Of a stretch of DNA of 64,000 nucleotides, positions 61,801-64,000 are shown one piece after another (within the stretch, counting starts at the first letter, position 1; every line of letters starts with the position of its first letter). This DNA is from Candidatus Poribacteria bacterium (GTDB taxonomy: Bacteria > Poribacteria > WGA-4E > PCPOR2b). The notes under the pieces are model-generated. The model was not told the origin of the DNA, did no database searches, and saw only the letters and a list, made by a program, of their open reading frames with translations. The DNA lies in assembly GCA_965215015.1 (NCBI GenBank), contig OZ244042.1, forward strand, positions 3,680,001 to 3,744,000, in the 5' to 3' direction. The translations under genes and the position numbers were made by a program.

Positions 61801-63337
61801 CACCGGTCAGCCAAAGACCTACTCCGCTACCATGCTGGTCGGGATGAGTCAAGATGAACCCGGTGTCACCGGGATTGACCGCTACCTCCAATACGGGCGA
61901 TGGTATCACCCCGACGATGAAGCGGAGTGGCCCACACAATGGCCCTACGCTTGCGTGTTGCCCAAAGGCATGGCGGATCTGCTCGGTATCACCGAAGCCG
62001 ATATGGGCAAAGCGACCGTCTCCGTATACGGCGCGGATTTCACCGTAACCGGTGTCCTCGGTATCGGCTTCAAAGACCTACAGGATAACGATGGCGAAGA
62101 ACTAACACCCGTTGATTACCAACTGATGCAGCAGCAGGAAGCGCGCGGCGGCGGCGCACAGGGACAGAACCAAGCCATGGAGGGAGAGCTGGAAAAATAT
62201 ATCCATCTCCCGCCTGACGCTGTAGCTATCCTGCCGTACGATGTGGTGATGAATCAGGGCGGAACCTTACGCTCGGTCGCTGTCAACATGGAAGCACAAC
62301 CCGGCGATCCGAAAATTTTCAGTGCAGCAGATAAACTTGATCTGATTATGGCACCCCTGATGAACCGAATCGCACTCGACTTCTTTGTTGGAAAAGATCG
62401 GGATACCTATCTATACAGTTCAATCGGAATGACCTCTTTCTCCGGGATGGGCAACCTGTTCATACCAATCTTAATTGCGTCGCTGATTGTTCTGAACACA
62501 ATGCTCGGTGCGGTCTATGAACGTGTCCGTGAAATCAGCATCTACAGCTCCGTCGGACTTGCCCCTGTGCATATCGCTTTTCTGTTCCTCGCAGAGGCGT
62601 GTGTGTACGCAATTGTCGGTGCAGTGCTCGGCTACCTGCTTGGTCAGGCTGTCGCAACCATCCTCGTCAATTTCGGATTACTCGCCGGACTGACCCTTAA
62701 CTACTCGTCAATGTCAACAGTGGTAGCAACCATTATTGTGATGATTGTTGTGGTTGGGAGCACGCTGTATCCTGCAATTAAAGCCAGTCGCATGGCGGTG
62801 CCCGACATTGAACGGAAATGGCAGCTGCCGGAACCTGAAGGCGATGAGTGGCACTTCGATCTTCCCTTTACAGTGTTGGCAGAAGAATCGCTCGGCTTGA
62901 ATATCTTTATGCGCGATTACTTTGAGGCGCACGCCGACGAATCCGCAAGCGACTTTTATACGGATCAGGTCGCCTTCGGTCGAACATCTGTGGAAGTTGA
63001 AGGAACGGAAGACGAAGCCTACAACATCAGCATGATGGTCTGGCTCGCACCCTACGACCTCGGGGTCAGCCAATCCATTCGGCTTGTCACCTCACCGGTC
63101 GGCGGTGAAGAGGAAGAGCTGTATAAAATCCACCTCGATGTCCATCGTGAGAGCGGGGAGATTGCTTCATGGAAGCGTGTCAACCGCCGTTTCTTGAACC
63201 TGGTCCGAAAACAGTTGCTAATCTGGCGGACCTTCAGTGCCGATGTCCGTGGTGAATTCCATGAGCGTGGACGGCAAGAGAGCGAGACGGAAACGACCCC
63301 GGGCGTAGGCAATCTGGTCGCCCAACCGGCAGATTAA
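55862..63337 (+). CDS. Giant (2491 aa) membrane-anchored protein: M28-like fold, PA-like region, 2 LysM, acidic DGxDN repeats, helical inserts, FtsX-like permease
   Basis: Signal peptide; LysM-like HLVVAGENLDRIA and HKVQPNDTLEDLA; VVITGYYDS..PGAD; RRKGRTILT-like segment and VYERVREISIYSSVGL.P (FtsX); two membrane-helix clusters. Confidence 0.85.
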   Translation: MIIKRYYYISLWLCIFALLSPHVDAAVEEQLSVGLSEVAVKIVDKVDIGRMRKDIARLSNLSTRVTGYDEAASGSKYIFDQFVDIGLQNVESREFPVSVPIDHGDGKVEILSEDKTLLKTYRIWSIWPNLVRTSFLPNGISHLVVAGENLDRIAKSYQVDPQTILADPHNQYLRDQATDGSDNDDDGEVDEPGELVLVEGNSLFIPTGGLTAPIFYGGSGELASFNGKDIGGFWHKVQPNDTLEDLAHQFRIGVGSITDDVLNGHLQKTQDGIDNNEDGQIDEYGEIPPLTEILQWDTDGIDNDGDEFVDEQPGDATDGIDNNNNGQIDEEGEFVAASESSIFIPQGSVALIDFNSSTKWINAAMLGAKAVLFIEPETTIRGEAENKFLTVPANIPRFWIAKKDADELLAMLGEGETGAQSPITETDSQPSGLIEPGGVERSPRYPKLYARLTSTITWEQRMGQNIRGFLEGGDPTLKDELVVITGYYDSMSVVPAMAPGADPTGGIATLLELARIFSDEEFRPGRSLLFVATDAHFQGLGGMRAFMEGIGQDIVGREADSPGTPTMRGLRRGLSTDLFEFEELGRKLLLSIDRNVLVDLPPNFFHDVHELKADVDSLATTLADLATTKGKINSLRNAQREAKEKEKKKLETTKKREKQGFTEEEKSRLEVNLAKFKKDALQTTQFIRSMFHRTLKLRTQALDECRQTQRELIEQVALPMARLDVWAIEKLIADLAAKRIKGKYAQTPDSSYLVPKEGEDGQYYLPAPNDLSSYLEADVQRLSEALQDWEFEDPRKFTLQYAQEKLLDRHLDFKGLERIKSARRVVNRAEKSLEAYIIEERQILERTLANIPAGSDAADSIKNAITQLGAKPDHIPSGFVDELKLFLNAATLKQFEIVQNQLHQKLEMMDPTTGTTTSRELDQILIDDLTRDKQSILETAMRNARLERYRIESLLARHGSLNRSYLAEEELVLRHYLPEDAADRAMDVREQIFGQLEEQQLLEIVKKRAKNDIVELQNLLNVLDRLDRDPDEETKILLRDNLLTMRNARFRNLQKRVEKIARISEAEYTRKIRSIEQAIALQDIFNRYYTSLFISIDLSSQNDQFGVFNKGWFYDQQPEFVLRREFASIGNKLAEYAQGADFGERIQKLWTFTDDQIRQAVMNTQWTVAAGIDPKKAIEGKSLESLVTEHYATLVGLSGVSRLMKMQFEQMKSQGEPSEDMLKDMDYIRKEVERFIRNDIREARKNRKNKVRLLNRLDAMLALRYEDPSEFTQEEVDDIKALINIAGFGGETNFVNAISASGGKIWKTYIPGKIAFDSEVATLTGFTGIAFATIDDARVLTDTPLDTIDRMDLTKDGALHKQAKTLAAVLIQAMRDPKMPTAARVGNFYCNLFGDVVEYDARESALPNKPVEYPILALRSRHKTMMGVRGDLIAMGDNKGNFEVAGLAMEGRATIRLKGTQEVEAYILHPDSGDIVYAPDLGNFGAKLLPNLIPINTHRRGCRIVVFPCVSTTIYDLVDQRYLRTLRELEVFDAASDSPPEKYGVSKPWQQEGISATEPIALVYSEPNSRIKVGMAYGQIGKRLLLIKASKSGTKNPTLYTGEGFVVRENGSIRVTPYVVVRDMWWLDENRASLYKRFGISSDRLDQLHQFANEHLNQAEAALIQRDYQQALKLARAAWGYESRAYPDVKKTGNDVVNGVMFYLALLIPFAYFMERLLFAFPTVQKQIIGTAAIFLVVFFFLAQVHPAFQITTTPVIILIAFIVLALTAIVISIIVRKFEEQIEKIKQEGSQVYKADVGRLSASAAAFSLGISNMRKRKGRTILTCSTLVILTFTVISFTSVRTFMHPNSTNLPSVTPRYTGMLIRDQYWNPLEEPVVNSLTNDLRKTQIPEKDLRLLLKKRRGQQGTPTNQIDEDVDAMLDQLRQQGALIELGEESVLRVHNIVAPRAWYQSAGTGDQSFVQLERTANPRDPVPPVNTATGQPKTYSATMLVGMSQDEPGVTGIDRYLQYGRWYHPDDEAEWPTQWPYACVLPKGMADLLGITEADMGKATVSVYGADFTVTGVLGIGFKDLQDNDGEELTPVDYQLMQQQEARGGGAQGQNQAMEGELEKYIHLPPDAVAILPYDVVMNQGGTLRSVAVNMEAQPGDPKIFSAADKLDLIMAPLMNRIALDFFVGKDRDTYLYSSIGMTSFSGMGNLFIPILIASLIVLNTMLGAVYERVREISIYSSVGLAPVHIAFLFLAEACVYAIVGAVLGYLLGQAVATILVNFGLLAGLTLNYSSMSTVVATIIVMIVVVGSTLYPAIKASRMAVPDIERKWQLPEPEGDEWHFDLPFTVLAEESLGLNIFMRDYFEAHADESASDFYTDQVAFGRTSVEVEGTEDEAYNISMMVWLAPYDLGVSQSIRLVTSPVGGEEEELYKIHLDVHRESGEIASWKRVNRRFLNLVRKQLLIWRTFSADVRGEFHERGRQESETETTPGVGNLVAQPAD

Positions 63338-63554
63338 AGCGTGATGCGTTAGAAGTACATTGCGCATTGCGCTCCTCCGGAGCGAATCGGCTGGTGTTAT
63401 GCCATTGATCTGTGGGTGGGGTAAGGACACCCGAACCACGAGGCCCATAAAAAAATGCAAAACCCTCTTTTTACATAAGCCAACTCAAAAAGCATTCCTT
63501 TCCTCTAATCACGCATTACCTTTAACGTATCACGCAAAGGAAACAACAAAATCA

Positions 63555-63722
63555 ATGGAAAAATTAGCGTATATCCTAATCTTTATCGGTTCAATCTTTT
63601 GGGTATTTTCGATCTTCTTTATGGGAGCCCGATGGCAGCCACAGCTGCTCGCTGCCACAATCCTAATTGTTGGAATTATTATCGCCCACGTTTGGGAAGA
63701 GCTTTTCCGAGAAAAAAAATGA
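63555..63722 (+). CDS. Small two-helix membrane protein (55 aa)
   Basis: MEKLAYILIFIGSIFWVF...LAATILIVGIII; AAGGA upstream. Confidence 0.55.
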   Translation: MEKLAYILIFIGSIFWVFSIFFMGARWQPQLLAATILIVGIIIAHVWEELFREKK

Positions 63723-63850
63723 CCGATGGACACAGTGAAACAACGCACGATTGAGCTCATTTATTCATAGGTGCAAAAGTTCATTAACGAACCAATCAAC
63801 CAATGAGCTAACTTACGTTTCACGTTTCGTGTCCTGAAAGGAGCATAAAT

Positions 63851-64000
63851 TTGGCAAGAGAAAGGGTGTCACAAGCAGAAGAGTGGCAAGCTTGGGCACA
63901 ACGTTATGATGTTGAGGGCGGTTTAAGAACCTTTGAATCCGGGTTAACCCTGAAAGTCTTTCTAGGGGCGGTCTTCATTGGACTATTGATGATGCCGGGG
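63851..64000 (+). CDS. OPT-like peptide transporter, N-terminal part (runs off the window)
   Basis: TTG start after AAGGAG; MARE...FESGLTLKVFLGAVFIGLLMMPG. Family call rests on only 50 residues. Confidence 0.55.
   Translation, partial: MARERVSQAEEWQAWAQRYDVEGGLRTFESGLTLKVFLGAVFIGLLMMPG

Overview
A 64-kb bacterial chromosome segment. The gene content suggests a sponge-symbiont lineage such as Candidatus Poribacteria (two PhyH-type and one TauD-type 2OG dioxygenases, secreted proteins ending in 'K(L/I)xxxWGx(L/I)K', PorV-like and DUF6785-like genes); this assignment is inference only. Housekeeping and metabolic genes (5' end of leuS, ggt, tsaE, purE, ubiE/menG, kbl, thrC, a sugar ABC operon, glycosyltransferases) are interleaved with a dense mobilome. 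The mobilome includes one intact IS4-like element with a 10-bp TSD, two solo 94-bp copies of its left end, MITEs, GTAG-type REP palindromes, two homologous tandem arrays (about 150-bp and exactly 100-bp units) and an 800-bp REP mosaic. A decaying island at 17.6-23.7 kb holds a fused double DNA methyltransferase, a truncated SapI/BspQI-like HNH nuclease, a frameshifted metalloprotease and an IS1595 fragment. The most unusual part is 46.9-64 kb. It holds a DUF6785-like transporter, four tandem secreted proteins with a shared C-terminal motif, an XRE/ImmA pair, and a 2491-aa protein (degenerate M28 fold, LysM, acidic repeats, long helical inserts, FtsX-like permease) followed by an OPT-like transporter. 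No rRNA, tRNA or CRISPR array was found. All family names come from motif recognition, not from database searches.
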